Assembly: GCA_028826165.1 (NCBI GenBank)
Contig: JAPDFW010000060.1
Coordinates: 372,001 to 436,000, forward strand
Length of the DNA: 64,000 nt
Source of the DNA: Anaeramoeba ignava BMAN
Lineage: Eukaryota; Protista; Anaeramoebae
Direction of reading: 5' to 3'
Within the stretch, counting starts at the first letter, position 1, and each line of letters starts with the position of its first letter. Below, piece after piece: positions 48,472-62,600 of the stretch. The notes beneath the pieces were generated by a model. The model worked only from the letters and a program-made list of their open reading frames with translations, made no database searches and was not told the DNA's origin. The translations under genes and the position numbers were made by a program.

Positions 48472-51400
48472 ATGGGATCTAAATCATCAAAAAGACGCAA
48501 AAATAAACGGACCCAAATAATTGAAGAACAATTACGAACTGATTCCTTAAAAAAAAGCCAACAAATTAAAGTTATTGTTTTGGGTTTGAATTTTCAACGA
48601 ATTTTAAAAAAAAGCAAATTTTTCTTGTTTATAAAAAGATAATCTAAACCAAACCTTTTATTTCTTTGTGTTTATTCTTTCTACAAAACATTGTAATTTA
48701 AATCAGGTGCTGGAGACTCTGGAAAAACTACTTTATTAAAGCAAATGAAAATTGTATTTCAAGGAGGAATTCCTGAACATGATAAAAAATTTTTCCGTGA
48801 TACAATAAGGGCTAATATTATAAACAATATGCTCACACTTTTACGAGCTGCGGAAGATTTGGATGTTCATTTATCAGAAGAAAATGAAGTAAGTTAACTT
48901 TATTTTGGAGAAATGTTGAACCAAAAAAAAAACTTTTCAATTAAAATTTCAATTTAAAAAAAAAACCAAAAAAAAATAACGTTTTTTTAATTTATTTAAA
49001 AAAAAAAACAAAAAAGAAAATTGCTCAATTTTTTTTTAGTTCTTTTATTGGTGATAGTGATAGTTTAACTGAAACTGCAAGAGATCAAGTTTATCAACTT
49101 TGGTCTGATTCTCAATTAAAACAAGTTTTTGAAGAACGTTCCAAATTTCAAATAGCAGATCAAGCAGGATAGTAAATCTAATCTAATCAAAAAAATTAAT
49201 TTTTTTCAAAAAAATTAATTTAATTTAATTTAATCTTAATTTAATCTTAATTTAATCTTAATTTAATCTTGATTTAATTTAATTTAATCTTAATTTAATC
49301 TTAATTTAATCTTAATTTAATCTTAATTTAATTTAATCTTAATTTAATCTTAATTTAATCTTAATTTTAATTTAATTTAATCTTAATTTAATTTAATTTA
49401 ATTTAATCTTAATTTAATTTAATCTTAATTTAATCTTAATTTTAATCTTAATTTAATCTTAATTTAATCTTAATTTAATTTAATCTTAATTTAATCTTAA
49501 TTTAATTTTAATCTTAATTTTAATCTTAATTTAATCTTAATTTAATCTTAATTTAATCTTAATTTAATCTTAATTTAATTTAAATTTAATTTAAAATTTA
49601 ATTTAAATTTAATCTTAATTTAATTTAATTTTAATTTAATTTAATTAATTTAAATTTAATTTAATTTTAATTTCTTAATTTAATTTTTAATTTTAATCTT
49701 AATTTAATCTTAATTTAATTTAATCTTAATTTAATTTAAATTTAATTTAATTTATCTTTTAATTTAATCTTAATTTAATTTAATCTTAATTTAATCTTAA
49801 TTTTAATCTTAATTTAATCTTATTTTTAATTTAATTTAATTTAATTTAATTTAATTTTAATTTAATCTAATTTTAAATTTAATTTAATTTAATTTAATTT
49901 AATCTTAATTTAATCTTAATTTAATCTTAATTTTTAATTTTAATTTAATCTTAATTTTTAATTTAATTTAATCTTAATTTAATCTTAATTTAATCTTAAT
50001 TTAATCTTAATTTAATCTTAATTTAATCTTAATTTAATTTAATCTTAATTTAATCTTAATTTAATCTTAATTTAATCTTAATTTAATTTTAATCTTAATT
50101 TAATCTTAATTTATCTTAATTTAATCTTAATTTTAATCTTAATTTTATCTTAATTTTAATCTTAATTTAATCTTAATTTAATTTTAATCTTAATCTTAAT
50201 TTAATCTTAATTTAATCTTAATTTAATCTTAATTTTTAATTTAATCCAATTTTAATCTTTAATTTAATTTTAATCTTAATTTAATCTTAATTTAATCTTA
50301 ATTTAATTTAATCTTCTTAATTTAATTTAATCTTTAATTTTAATTTAATCTTAATTTAATCTTAATTTAATTTTAATTTAATCTTAATTTTAATCTTAAT
50401 TTAATCTTAATTTTAATCCCAATTTAATCTTAATTTAATCTTAATTTAATCTTAATTTAATCTTAATTTTAATTTAATTTGTCTTAATTTAATCTTAATT
50501 TAATTTAATTTTCTTAATTTTTTTTAATCTTAATTTAATTTAATCTTAATTTAATCTTAATTTAATTTAATCTTAATTTTAATTTAATCTTAATTTAATT
50601 TAATTTAATTTAATTTAATCTTAATTTAATTTTACTTACTTAATCTTAATTTAATTTTAATCTTTAATCTTAATTTTAATCTTAATTTAATTTAATTTAA
50701 TTTAATTTAATCTTAATTTAATTTAATCTTAATTTTATCTTTTTTAATTTAATTTAATTTAATTTAATTTAATTTGTCTTAATTTAATCTTAATTTAATC
50801 TTAATTTAATTTAATCTTAATTTAAATCTTAATTTAATCTTAATTTTAATCTTAATTTAAATTTAATCTTAATTTAATCTTAATTTAATCTTAATTTATT
50901 TTAAATTTAATCTTAATTTAATCTTAATTTAATCTTAATTTAATCTTAATTTAATCTTAATTTAATCTTAATTTAATCTTAATTTAAATCTTAATTTAAT
51001 TTTCTTAATTTAATTTAATCTTAATTTTAATTTAATCTTAATTTAATCCTTAATTTAATCTTAATTTAATTTAATTTAATCTTAATTTAATTTAATCTTA
51101 ATTTAATCTTAATTTAATCTTAATTTAATCTTAATTTAATTTAATTTAATCTTAATTTAATCTTAAATTTAATCTTTAATTTATTTAATCTTAATTTTAA
51201 TCTTAATTTAATTTTAATCTTAATTTAATCTTAATTTTTCTTAATTTAATTTTAATTTAATTTAATTTAATTTTAATTTTAATTTAATTTAATTTAAATT
51301 TAATTTAATTTTAATTTAATTTAATTTAATTTAATTTTTAATTTTAATTTAATTTAATTTAATTTAATTTAATTTAATTTAATTTAATCTTAATCTTAAT

Positions 51401-54400
51401 TTAATTTAATTTAATTTTAATCTTAATTTAATCTTTTTTAATTTTAATTTAATCTTAATTTAATCTTAATTTAATCTTAAATCTTAATTTAATCTTAATT
51501 TAATCTTAATTTTAATCTTAATTTAATTTAATCTTAAATTTAATCTTAATTTAATCTTAATTTAATCTTAATCCGAATTTAATCTTAATTTAATCTTTAA
51601 TTTAATTTAATTTAATTTAATCTTAATTTAATCTTAATTTAATCTTAATTTAATCTTAATTTAATTTAATTTTAATTTAATCTTAATTTAATCTTAATTT
51701 AATCTTAAATTTAATTTTAATTTAATTTAATCTTAATTTTAATCTTAATCTTAATTTAATCTTAATTTAATCTTAATTTAATTTAATTTAATTTAATTTA
51801 ATCTTAATTTTAATCTTAATTTAATTTTAATTTTAATTTAAATCTTAATTTAATCTTAATTTAATTTAATTTAATCTTAATTTAATCTTAATTTAATCTT
51901 AATTTAATCTTAATTTTCTTAATTTAATTTAATTTTTAATTTAATCTTAATTTAATCTTAATTTAATCTTAATTTAATCTTAATTTAATTTAATTTAATT
52001 TAATTTAATCTTAATTTAATCTTAATTTAATCTTAATTTAATCTTAATCTTTAATTTAATTTAATCTTAATTTAATCTTAATTTAATCTTAATTTTACTT
52101 AATTTAATTTAATTTAATCCCTTAATTTAATCTTAATTTAATCTTAATTTAATTTAATTTAATCTTAATTTAATTTAATTTAATTTAATCTTCGAATTTA
52201 ATTTAATTTAATCTTAATTTAATCTTAATTTAATCTTAATTTAATCTTAATTTATTTAATCTTAATTTAATTTAATCTTAATTTAATCTTAATTTAATCT
52301 TAATTTTAATCTTAATTTAATCTTAATTTAATTTAATCTTATTTCAATTTAATTTAATCTTAATTTTAATCTTAATTTAATCACCCAATTTAATTTAATT
52401 TAATCTTAATTCCAATTTAAATTTAAATTTAATTTATTTAATTCCAATCTTAATTTAACCCAATCTTAATTTAATCTTAATTTAATTTAATCTTAATTTA
52501 ATCTTAATTTAATCTTAATTTAATCTTAATTTAATCTTAATTTAAATTTTAATTTTAATTTAAAATTTAATTTCAATTTAATTTAATTTAATTTAATCTT
52601 AATTTAATCTTAATTTTAATTTAATCTTAATTTTAATCTTAATTTTTTAATTTTAATTTAATTTAATCTTAATTTAATTTAATTTAAATTTAATCTTAAT
52701 TTAATCTTAATTTAATTTAATTTAACAATCTTAATTTAATCTTAATTTAATCTTAATTTTAATCTTAATTTAATTTTAATTTTAATTTAAATTTAATCTT
52801 AATTTAATCTTAATTTAATCTTAATTTAATCTTAATTTAATCTTAATTTAATCTTAATTTAATCTTAATTTAATCTTAATTTAATCTTAATTTAATTTAA
52901 TTTAATTTAATTTAATTTAATCTTAATTTAATCTTAATTTAATTTAATCTTAATTTAATCTTAATTTAATTTAATCTTAATTTAATTTAATTTTTTTTTG
53001 ATAGTTTTTTTGACGAAGTTAAAAGGATTGCTGATCCTGATTATATTCCAACAAATCAAGATATTTTAAATTGTAGAATTCCAACAACAGGTGTTAATGT
53101 TGTTGAGTTTCATCTTAATAATTATCATTGGCAGTAAATCTAAATATAAATTCAAATTCAATAATAAAATTCAAATTCAAATTCAATAACATAAATTCAA
53201 ATTCAAATTCAAATTCAATAATAAAATCAAATTCAAAATCAAATTCAATAATAAAATTCAAATTCATAATAAAATTTAAATTCAATAATAAAATTTAAAT
53301 TCAATAATAAAATTCAAATTCATAATAAAATTAAAATTAAAATTAAAATTAAAATTCAATAATAAAATTTAAATTAAAATTCAATAATAAAATTCAAATT
53401 CAATAATAAAATTCAAATTCAAATTCAAATTCAAATTCAAATTCAAATTCAAATTCAAATTCAATAATAAAATTAAAATTCAATAATAAAATTCAAATTC
53501 AAATTCAAATTCAAATTCAATAATAAAATTTAAATTCAAATTCAATAATAAAATTTAAATTCAAATTCAAATTAAAATTCAAATTCAAATTCAAATTCAA
53601 TTTCAAATTCAAATTCAATAATAAAATTAAAATTAAAAATTAAAAATTAAAATTAAAATTAAAATTAAAATTAAAATTAAAATTAAAATTAAAATTAAAA
53701 TTAAAATTAAAAATTAAAATTAAAATTAAAATTAAAATTAAAATTAAAATTTAAATTAAAATTCAATAATAAAATTCAAATTAAAATTCAAATTCAATTT
53801 CAATAATAAAATTCAAATTCAATAATAAAATTATTAAAGAGTTGTAGATGTTGGAGGACAACGATCGGAAAGAAGAAAATGGATTCATCATTTTGATGAT
53901 GTATCCGTAATAATATTTGTAGTTGCATTAAGCGAATATAATCAAAGATTATTTGAAGATGTTAGTGTGAATAGAATGCATGAATCACTTTCTTTATTCA
54001 ATAAAACAACAAATAGTGAATATTTTCGCTCAAAAAATTGCATAATTTTATTCAACAAATTGGATCTTTTTGCAAGAAAAATTAAAGAAGTTCCTTTAAA
54101 TCAATATTTTCCTGAATATCATGGTGATAATAATGTTGAATCTGGAAAAGAATTTTTTAAACAAAAATTTTTAACTATTGGTTCTAATCATCAAAGACAT
54201 ATTTTTGCTCATTTTACTTGTGCAATTGATACAGAAGGAATGAAACTAGTTCTTGTAAATTTTATATAATTTTTTATCCGATTTTAAATTTAATTTTAAT
54301 TTTAATTATAATTATAATTTTAATTTTAATTTTAATTTTTAATTTTAATTTTTAATTTTAATTTTAATTATAATTTTAATTTTAATTTTAATTTAAATTT

Positions 54401-54804
54401 TAATTTTGGTTTTAATTTTAATTTTAATTTTAATTTTAATTTTAATTTTAATTTTGATTTTAATTTTAATTTTAATTTTAATTTTAATATTAATTTAATT
54501 TAATCTTAATTTAATCTTAATTTTAATTTTAATTTGAATTTTAATTTTAATTTTAATTTTAATTTAATTTTAATTTAATCTTAATTTAATCTTAATTTAA
54601 TCTTAATTTAATCTTAATTTAATCTTAAATTTAATTTTAATTTTAATTTTTTATCCGATTTTAATTTTATTATAATTTTTTAAATGAATTTTAATTTGAT
54701 TTAAATTTAATTTTTTAAATGAATTTTTTAAATGAATTTTAAAATAGGAATCAGTTAATCTTTGTATTATTGAAAATTTTCTAAAAGACCAAGGATTTGT
54801 GTAA
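48472..54804 (+). CDS. Heterotrimeric G protein alpha subunit (6 exons)
   Basis: MG start, GAGDSGKTT, RIPTTG, DVGGQRSERRKWIH, NKLD, TCAID. Confidence 0.93.
49220..53000. repeat. ~3.8 kb intronic array of (ttaatcttaat)/(ttaat) units within G-alpha intron 3
   Basis: Seen directly, bounded by GT near 49172 and AG near 53004. Confidence 0.93.
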
Positions 54805-55015
54805 ACTAAGGAATAAAATAAAGTTAAAAAAATGGAAAAAAAAAAATGGAAAAGAAAATAAAAAGAAAACATTTTTTTTTAAAATAAATTCTTTATTTCA
54901 ATGATTGTTTTCAAAATAAAAAAAAATTTATGTTCATTTTGAAGTAAAAAAAAAATAATTTTTTAATTTCATTTTTTTTCATTTTTTTCCTTTTTAAATT
55001 TTTTTTTTTAAAATA

Positions 55016-55606
55016 ATGGATAATCAAAAATCAAAATTTGGAAGAAAAACACCAATAATTAATCAAACATTTAATGAACCAACACAAAATTATCCACAAA
55101 TAGAAAATTTTCCTCAAACAGAAAATCCTATTGAATATTCAACTAAAAAAAATAATTTAATCAAAAAATTTAGAAGAATTCGTCATTTAATTTTAAATTC
55201 TCCTTATTATATTCAAAAAGGTGAAATTAAAACAAAAAGTCAATTTAATTCCGTTATGGAATCTTTTGTTGACATTAAAAGTCATCTTCCAAAAGAATTA
55301 TTTCAATGGAAATCTCAAAAAAAAATAATTGAAAATGATATGAAAATTGAAAATGAAAATGTCAATGACAATGACATTGAAATTAAAAAAGAAAAACACA
55401 AAAATAAAGACAACGAAAATGAAAATGAAAATGAAAATGAAAATGAAAGTGGAAATGAAAGCCAAAGTCAAAGCAAAAGTCAAAGTCAAAGTCAAAGTGA
55501 TGATAGTGCTGATAATGATTATGTTATTGATTATGAAGATCGAGAAGGTGAAAATGAAATGGAAAATGATGGTTCTGACAAAGATAGCTCAGAAGTTTCT
55601 TATTAA
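55016..55606 (+). CDS. Hypothetical protein with acidic low-complexity C-terminus
   Basis: ATG in an A-rich context, 196-aa ORF, no recognisable domain. Confidence 0.55.
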   Translation: MDNQKSKFGRKTPIINQTFNEPTQNYPQIENFPQTENPIEYSTKKNNLIKKFRRIRHLILNSPYYIQKGEIKTKSQFNSVMESFVDIKSHLPKELFQWKSQKKIIENDMKIENENVNDNDIEIKKEKHKNKDNENENENENENESGNESQSQSKSQSQSQSDDSADNDYVIDYEDREGENEMENDGSDKDSSEVSY

Positions 55607-56055
55607 ATTTTAAATTTTTTTTCTTTTTTTTTTGACATTTATTTTATTTAGATTTTATTTTAAAAAATTAATTAAAAATTATTTTAAATGTTTTTGATAT
55701 TAATTTTATTTCAAATTTATTGAGAATTTATTAATTAAAAATAAATTGAAATGTTTTTTTTTTGCTTTTCGAATTTATTTTTTTAATTTAACAAAAAATT
55801 TTTTTTTAATTTTTTTTTTCATTTTTTTTTTTGCTATTTTCTTCTTTTTGTTTTTTTGCTCTTTATTTTCTTTCTTTTTTATTTCCTTTATTCTTTTTAT
55901 CTATTTTTATTTTCTTTTTTACAAAACAAAAACAACAACAACAAAAAAAAAACGAAAAAGAAAAACCTTTTTTACTTTTAATTGTTTTTTCTTCTTTTTT
56001 TTTTACATTTTCCAAAAAATAACAAAATAATATTTACAAATAACACTTAAATATA

Positions 56056-58042
56056 ATGGAAATACCTTTAGAATCTCATTCAGATGCTTTAATTCACAAA
56101 TCTCAAATTAAAAAAACTCAAAAAAGTAAGAAAAAAATAAATTAAAAACTTTTTAAAACTTCAATTTTAATTTTAATTTTAATTTCAATTTTGAATAAAA
56201 GATTTAAATCAAAATAACAATCAAAATCAAAATGAAAACAATCCAAAACTTCAAAAAACTTCAAATAAAATGGCAAAACGAAGAAAAAGCTCTTCTCTAT
56301 TTTTTTGTTGTATCGAACCTAATCAAATGGTATTTTTTTCAAATTTATAATTAAAATCAAAATTAAAATTAAAATTCATTTATAAAATTAAAATTAAAAT
56401 TAAAATTCAAATTAAAATTAAAATTAATATTAAAATTAAAATTAAAATTTAAAATTAAAATTAAAATTAAAATTCCAAATTAAAATTAAAATTAAAATTA
56501 AAATTAAAATTAAAATTAATATTAAAATTAAAATTAAAATTAAAATTTAAATTAAAATTATAATTAAAATTAAAATTAAAATTATAATTAAAATTAAAAT
56601 TAATATCAAAATTTAAATCAAAATTAACATTAAAATTTTTTATTCTTTGAAAAGAAAACTAAAAAAAAAAAAAAGAAAAACCGAAAAAAACAAAAAAGAA
56701 TGAAACAAAAACTTTGCCAAGAAAAAGAACAAAAATTAAAAAGAAATTCATTAAGCAAATGCATTTTATCATTAACAGAAAATTCAACAACTCATTTACT
56801 TCCAAATCAATCAACAGAAGATCATGGAAAAAAAACACTTATACTTGATTTAGACGAAACATTAGTTCACAGTAGTTTAGATGTATTTTATATTTAAATT
56901 GAATATTTTAATTGAATATTTAAATTGAATATTTAATATTGAATATTTAAATTGAATATTTTAATTTAATATTTTAATATTTTAATTTAATATTTTAATA
57001 TTTTAATTGAATATTTAAATTGAATACTTTAATTTGAATATTTAAATATTTAAATTGAATATTTTAATTGAATATTTAAATATTTAAATTGAATATTTTA
57101 ATTGAATATTTAATATTGAATATTTTTAATTGAATTTTTTAATTGAATATTTTTTAATTGAATATTTTATTTAATATTTAAAATTGAATATTTAAATTGA
57201 ATATTTAAATATTTAAATTGAATATTTAAATTGAATATTTAAAATTGAATATTTTAAATTGAATATTTTAATTGAATATTTTTAATTTAATATTTTTAAT
57301 TGAATATTTTAATTTAAAGCCTATTTCAAATCCTGATTATGTTCTTGAAGTTACTGTTGATTCAGAAACTTATAAAGTTTATGTTAAAAAAAGACCTGGT
57401 GTTGAAGAATTTTTATCTTCAGTTGGTTTAAATTTTGAGATAATCATATTTACTGCAAGTGATACTCAAGTACATATCATTTTATTAAAATTAAAATTAA
57501 AATTAAAATTTATTTTTTAAATTTAAAATTAAAATTAAAATTAAAATTAAAATTCAAAATTAAAATTAAAATTAAAATTAAAATTAAAATTAAAATTCAA
57601 AATTAAAATTAAAATAAAAATTAAAATTAAAATTAAAATTAAAATTAAAATTAAAATCAAAATTAAAATTAAAATTAAAATTAAAATCAAAATTAAAATT
57701 AATATCAAAATTAAAATTAAAATTAAAAAAAAGTATGCTAATGCTGTTATTGAACGATTTGAAAATAAAGAAGTAATCAAAGGGCGATTATTTCGGGATT
57801 CATGCACACAACACGAATCATTTTATGTGAAAGATTTATCACTTCTTGGACGTGATTTAAAAACAACAATTATTATTGATAATTCACCAATGTCTTACAT
57901 GTGGAATAAAGAAAATTCACTTCCAATTTCAACTTGGATTAATGATCCTAATGATACTGAATTATTTAAATTATCTACTCTTCTTCAAGAAATTGCACAT
58001 TCTGATGACACTCTAAAAGCTTTAAGTCTTTTACGTAAATAG
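56056..58042 (+). CDS. SCP/CTDSP-like (FCP1/NIF family) HAD phosphatase, multi-exon
   Basis: KKTLILDLDETLVHS, KRPGVEEFL, IFTAS, RLFRDSC, YVKDLSLLGRDL, IIIDNSP. Confidence 0.92.
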
Positions 58043-58264
58043 AAGATTTAAGATTTGTCCATATCAATTAAATTAAAAGAAAAAAAAAGTGGATTTTAAA
58101 AATCCATCTTCTTTTTTCTTTCCTTTCTTTCCTTTCTTTCTTTTCTTTTTATTTTTCTTTTTCTTCTTTTTCTTCTTTTTCTTCTTTTCTTTTCAATAAT
58201 TTCAATAAAAAACAATCAAATTTTTTTCAATTACATTTTAAAAAGAAATTTAAATATAAAAAAT

Positions 58265-59260
58265 GGAAAATAAGAATAGATTTAATTTAATATTTAATTT
58301 ATATATTACTTTAAAAATATAATTTAATATTTAATTTTATGTTTATAATAATAATTTAATGTTTTAGATTTAAATATTTTATTATTTAAATATTTAACAT
58401 ATAAATATAAAAATAAGAATAAGTTTAATTTAATATTCAATTTATAAAGTAATTTAAAAATATAATTTAATATTTAATTTTATGTTTAAAACAATAATTT
58501 ATTGTTTTAGATTTAAATATTTTATTATTTAAATATTTAACATATAAATATAAAAAATAAAAATAAATTTAATTTAATATTTAATTTATAAATTAATTTA
58601 TAAATATAATTTAATATTTAATTTTTATGTTTAAAATAATAATTTATTGCTTTTAGATTTAAATATTTTATTATTTAAATATTTAACAAATAAAAATAAA
58701 AATAAGAATAGATTTAATTTAATATTTAATTTATAAATTAATTTAAAAATATAATTTAATATTTAATTTTATTATTAAAATAATAATTTAATGTTTTAGA
58801 TTTAAATATTTTATTATTTAAAATATTTAACATATAAATATAAAAATAAGAATAGATTTAATTTAATATTTAATTTATAAATTAATTTAAAAATATAATT
58901 TAATATTTAATTTTTATTATTAAAATAATAATTTAATGTTTTAGATTTAAATATTTTATAATTAAATATTTAACATATAAAAATAAAAATGAGAATAGGT
59001 TTAATTTAATATTTAATTTAATAAATTAATTCAAAAATATAATTTAATATTTAATTTTATGTTTAAAATAATAATCTATTGTTTTAGATTTAAATATTTT
59101 ATTATTTAAATATTTAACATATAAATATAAAAATAAGAATAGATTTAATTTAATATTTAATTTATAAATTAATTTAAAAAAATAATTTAATATTTAATTT
59201 TGTGTTTAAAATAATAATTTATTGTTTTAGATTTAAATATTTTATTATTTAAAAATATTT
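58265..59260. repeat. AT-rich satellite, ~144 bp unit (family C)
   Basis: aataagaatagatttaatttaatatttaattt recurs at ~144 bp spacing. Confidence 0.88.
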
Positions 59261-59604
59261 TGAAAATTGATTTTTTTGAAATTAAAATTTTATCTTTTTT
59301 TTTGAATTAAATTGAATTAATATTAATTTGGAAATTTGTTTTAAATTGTTCTAATTTTTTAATTCCAAAAATTAAATTAAAAATTAAATTAAAATAATTT
59401 TCCTTTTTTTTTCATTTTTTTTTTCATTTTTCATTTTTCCTTTTTTTTCTTTAATTAAGTAAACCAAAAATTCAATATAAAAATAATAAATTAAACATAA
59501 TTTCTTTATTAAAAACATTTAAACAATCAAAATAATTTATTCTTTACTCATTCAAACATTTCATTTTCATTTTATTTCAAAACACAAAAAAAAGACAAAC
59601 CATC

Positions 59605-62600
59605 ATGGGAATCAATGAATCAAAATCAAATTCAAATTCAAAACCAAATATAAAAGAAAATCCAAATCCAAATCAAAATCAAATTCAAATTCAAAATCAA
59701 AATCAAAATCAAAATCAAAATCAAAATCAAAATCAAAATAAAATTCAAATTCGAAATCAAAATCAAATTCAAAATCAAAATCAAAATCAAAATCAAAATC
59801 AAAATCAAATTCAAAATCAAAATCAAAATCAAAATCAAATTCAAATTCAAATTCAAATTCAAATTCAAAATCAAAGAATTCAATCCAAAATTAAAAAATT
59901 CAATAAATTCTTAATAAATCAAGCAAATAAACAAATTGGTTTAATGTTTGAAAATGAAGAAACTTCAGATTTTCAAATTTATTGTGGAAAAGATAAAATT
60001 TCAATTCCTTGTCATAAATCAATTTTAGAAGCTCGTTCAAAATATTTTATGATAAACAGAAGAGAAAACAATTTAAATTCAATTTATTTTAATAATTTTA
60101 GTTCTGAAATTGTTAAACCAATTATTAAATTTTTTTATAATGGAAAATTTAAATTTGATAAACAAAAATTTGATGAATATTTTAAATTTGCAAATGAAAT
60201 TAAATTAAAAGAAATTAAAATCAAAATTGAACTTGAAATTCAATCAATTTTTAATAATGAAAATATTTTGGAAATTTATTTTAAATCTCAACAAATTAAT
60301 TCAAAAAATCTTTCTCAAAATTGTGAAAAATTTATTTTCCAAAATATTCAATTTATCATTTCAAATCCAAATTTTGATAAATATTTAAATCAAAATCAAA
60401 ATCAAATTTATAATTTTATTGGATTAATTTCTTTAAATCAAAATATTTCAAATCAACTTCAAATTATTCAACAAATTAAACAAAAATTGAATCAAAATAA
60501 ACAAAAAAAATTGATAAAATTAATTAAATTTGAAACAAATCAAAATGAAAATGAAAATCAAAATAAAAATAATGAAAATGAAAATTATTTTTCAAATTTA
60601 TTAAATCAAATTCCACAAACAAAATCAATTAATCAATTTCAAATTCAACAAATCAAAAATAAATCAATTTCTCAATTCCAAAATAAAATTGTATTATTAA
60701 ATTCAAATATTCAAGAATTTCAAGAAGAATTTCAACCTTTACAACAGAATCAGATTCTTCTTGATTTCCAAATAGCTTATAAACAAAAAGAAAAAGAAAA
60801 ACTAGAAAAAATTAAAAAACAAATTGAAGAAATTCAAGAAGAATATGAAAAATGGAAAAAAGAAATTCAAGAAAAATTTCCACAATTAATTCAAAATGAA
60901 AAAACAAAAAAAGAATATTTACAAGAACTTAATAAAATAATTATTAATTTGAAAGATTTATTTCAAGAAAATAGAAAAAAAGATTTAGAAAATTTTCAAA
61001 AAGAAATTCAAGAAATTCAAAATGAACTCAAAAAAAGAAAGAATATAAATTTGGAAGAAATTGATAAAAAATATCAACAATTAATAAATTTTCCCAAATT
61101 AAAAATAGAAGAAGATTTAAAATTATTTGAAGAAACAATTAAACGATTTAAAAATGAATTTGAAAAAAGAAAAGAAGAAATTGAACAATTTAAACAATTT
61201 ATTCAACAAAATGAAAATGAAAATAAAAATCAAAATAAAAATAAAAATGAAGAAAAAATAATTCAAGAAATAAAAAATAGAATTAAATTCAAAAAAAATC
61301 AATATTATTTAGAAAAAATTGAAAAGAAAATTCAAGAAATTGAAATTAAAAATGAAAATTTAAATGAAATTGAAAAAATAATTCAAGATTTTAAAAATGA
61401 AATTGAAAAAAGAAAAACTGAATTTTATTCAAAAATTAATCCACAAATCAAAAATATTCAAAATAAAATTGAAAATCAAAAATTAAAAATAGAAATTCTT
61501 CAATCAACAGAAAAAACAACAAATTTTTTACAAGAACTTTCAAATAAAATTCAACAACAAAATCAAAGTAAATCAAACTCAAAAGCAAAATCAAAATCAA
61601 AAACAAAAACAAAATATTAAATTGAATTGAATTGAATAATTTTAATCAATTTATATTAATATTTGATTTTTCAACCATAAACAAAACAAAAGAATTAATT
61701 GAAATTGATATTCCTTTTATTGTTGAATGTATGAATCAATATCCAAATAATCCAAAAATTCAAGAAAATGGATGTTTTATTTTACAAAAATTTGTCTTCA
61801 AAAATGAAAGTAAAATTTGTTATATCTTTTTATTATTTTCCAAAATTAAAATTTAAATAAAAAATTAAAATAAATATTATTTAAACTTAATACTTAAAGA
61901 TAATCGAAATAAACTCAGAAATTTAAAAGGAATTGAACCTATTATTAAAGCAATGAATAATTTCCCAAATAATCAAAATATTCAATATAAAGGATGTTGG
62001 GCTTTATGGGATATTTCTGCTTTTAATAATGGTAAATAAATAATAAATAAAAAAAATCCAAATAATATTTATTTTCCATTTATTTTTTTTTTGAAATTAA
62101 AATTAAATCAAAAAATAATCAAAAAATAATTACAAAAAATAAATTAAAATTAAATAAATTTACAAAATAATAAATAAATAATTATTAATTATTAATTAAA
62201 ATCAAAATAAAAATTAATTAATTCCAAATTTATTTTCAAAAATAAAAATATCAAAAATAGAAAACCAAATAGAAATTAGAAATTTAAAAGGAATTGAACC
62301 TATTATTAAATCAATGAATAATTTCCCAAATAATCAAAATATTCAATATAATGGATGTGGAGCTTTATTGAATATTGCTGTTAATGATGGTAAATAAATA
62401 AAAAATAAATCAAAATCAAAAATCTAAATAATTTTTTTTCTATTTATTTTTTTGAAATTAAAAATTAAAAAATTTAATCAAAAAATAATTACAAAAAATA
62501 AATTAAAATTAAATAAATTTACAAAATAATAAATAAATATTAATTATTAATCAAAATAAAAATAAATCAATTTCCAAAAATAAAAATAATTAAAAAATAG

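Noticed and set aside
55746-56030. Hydrophobic Phe-rich ORFs
   Set aside because: T-rich intergenic/5' sequence of the phosphatase gene with non-ATG starts.
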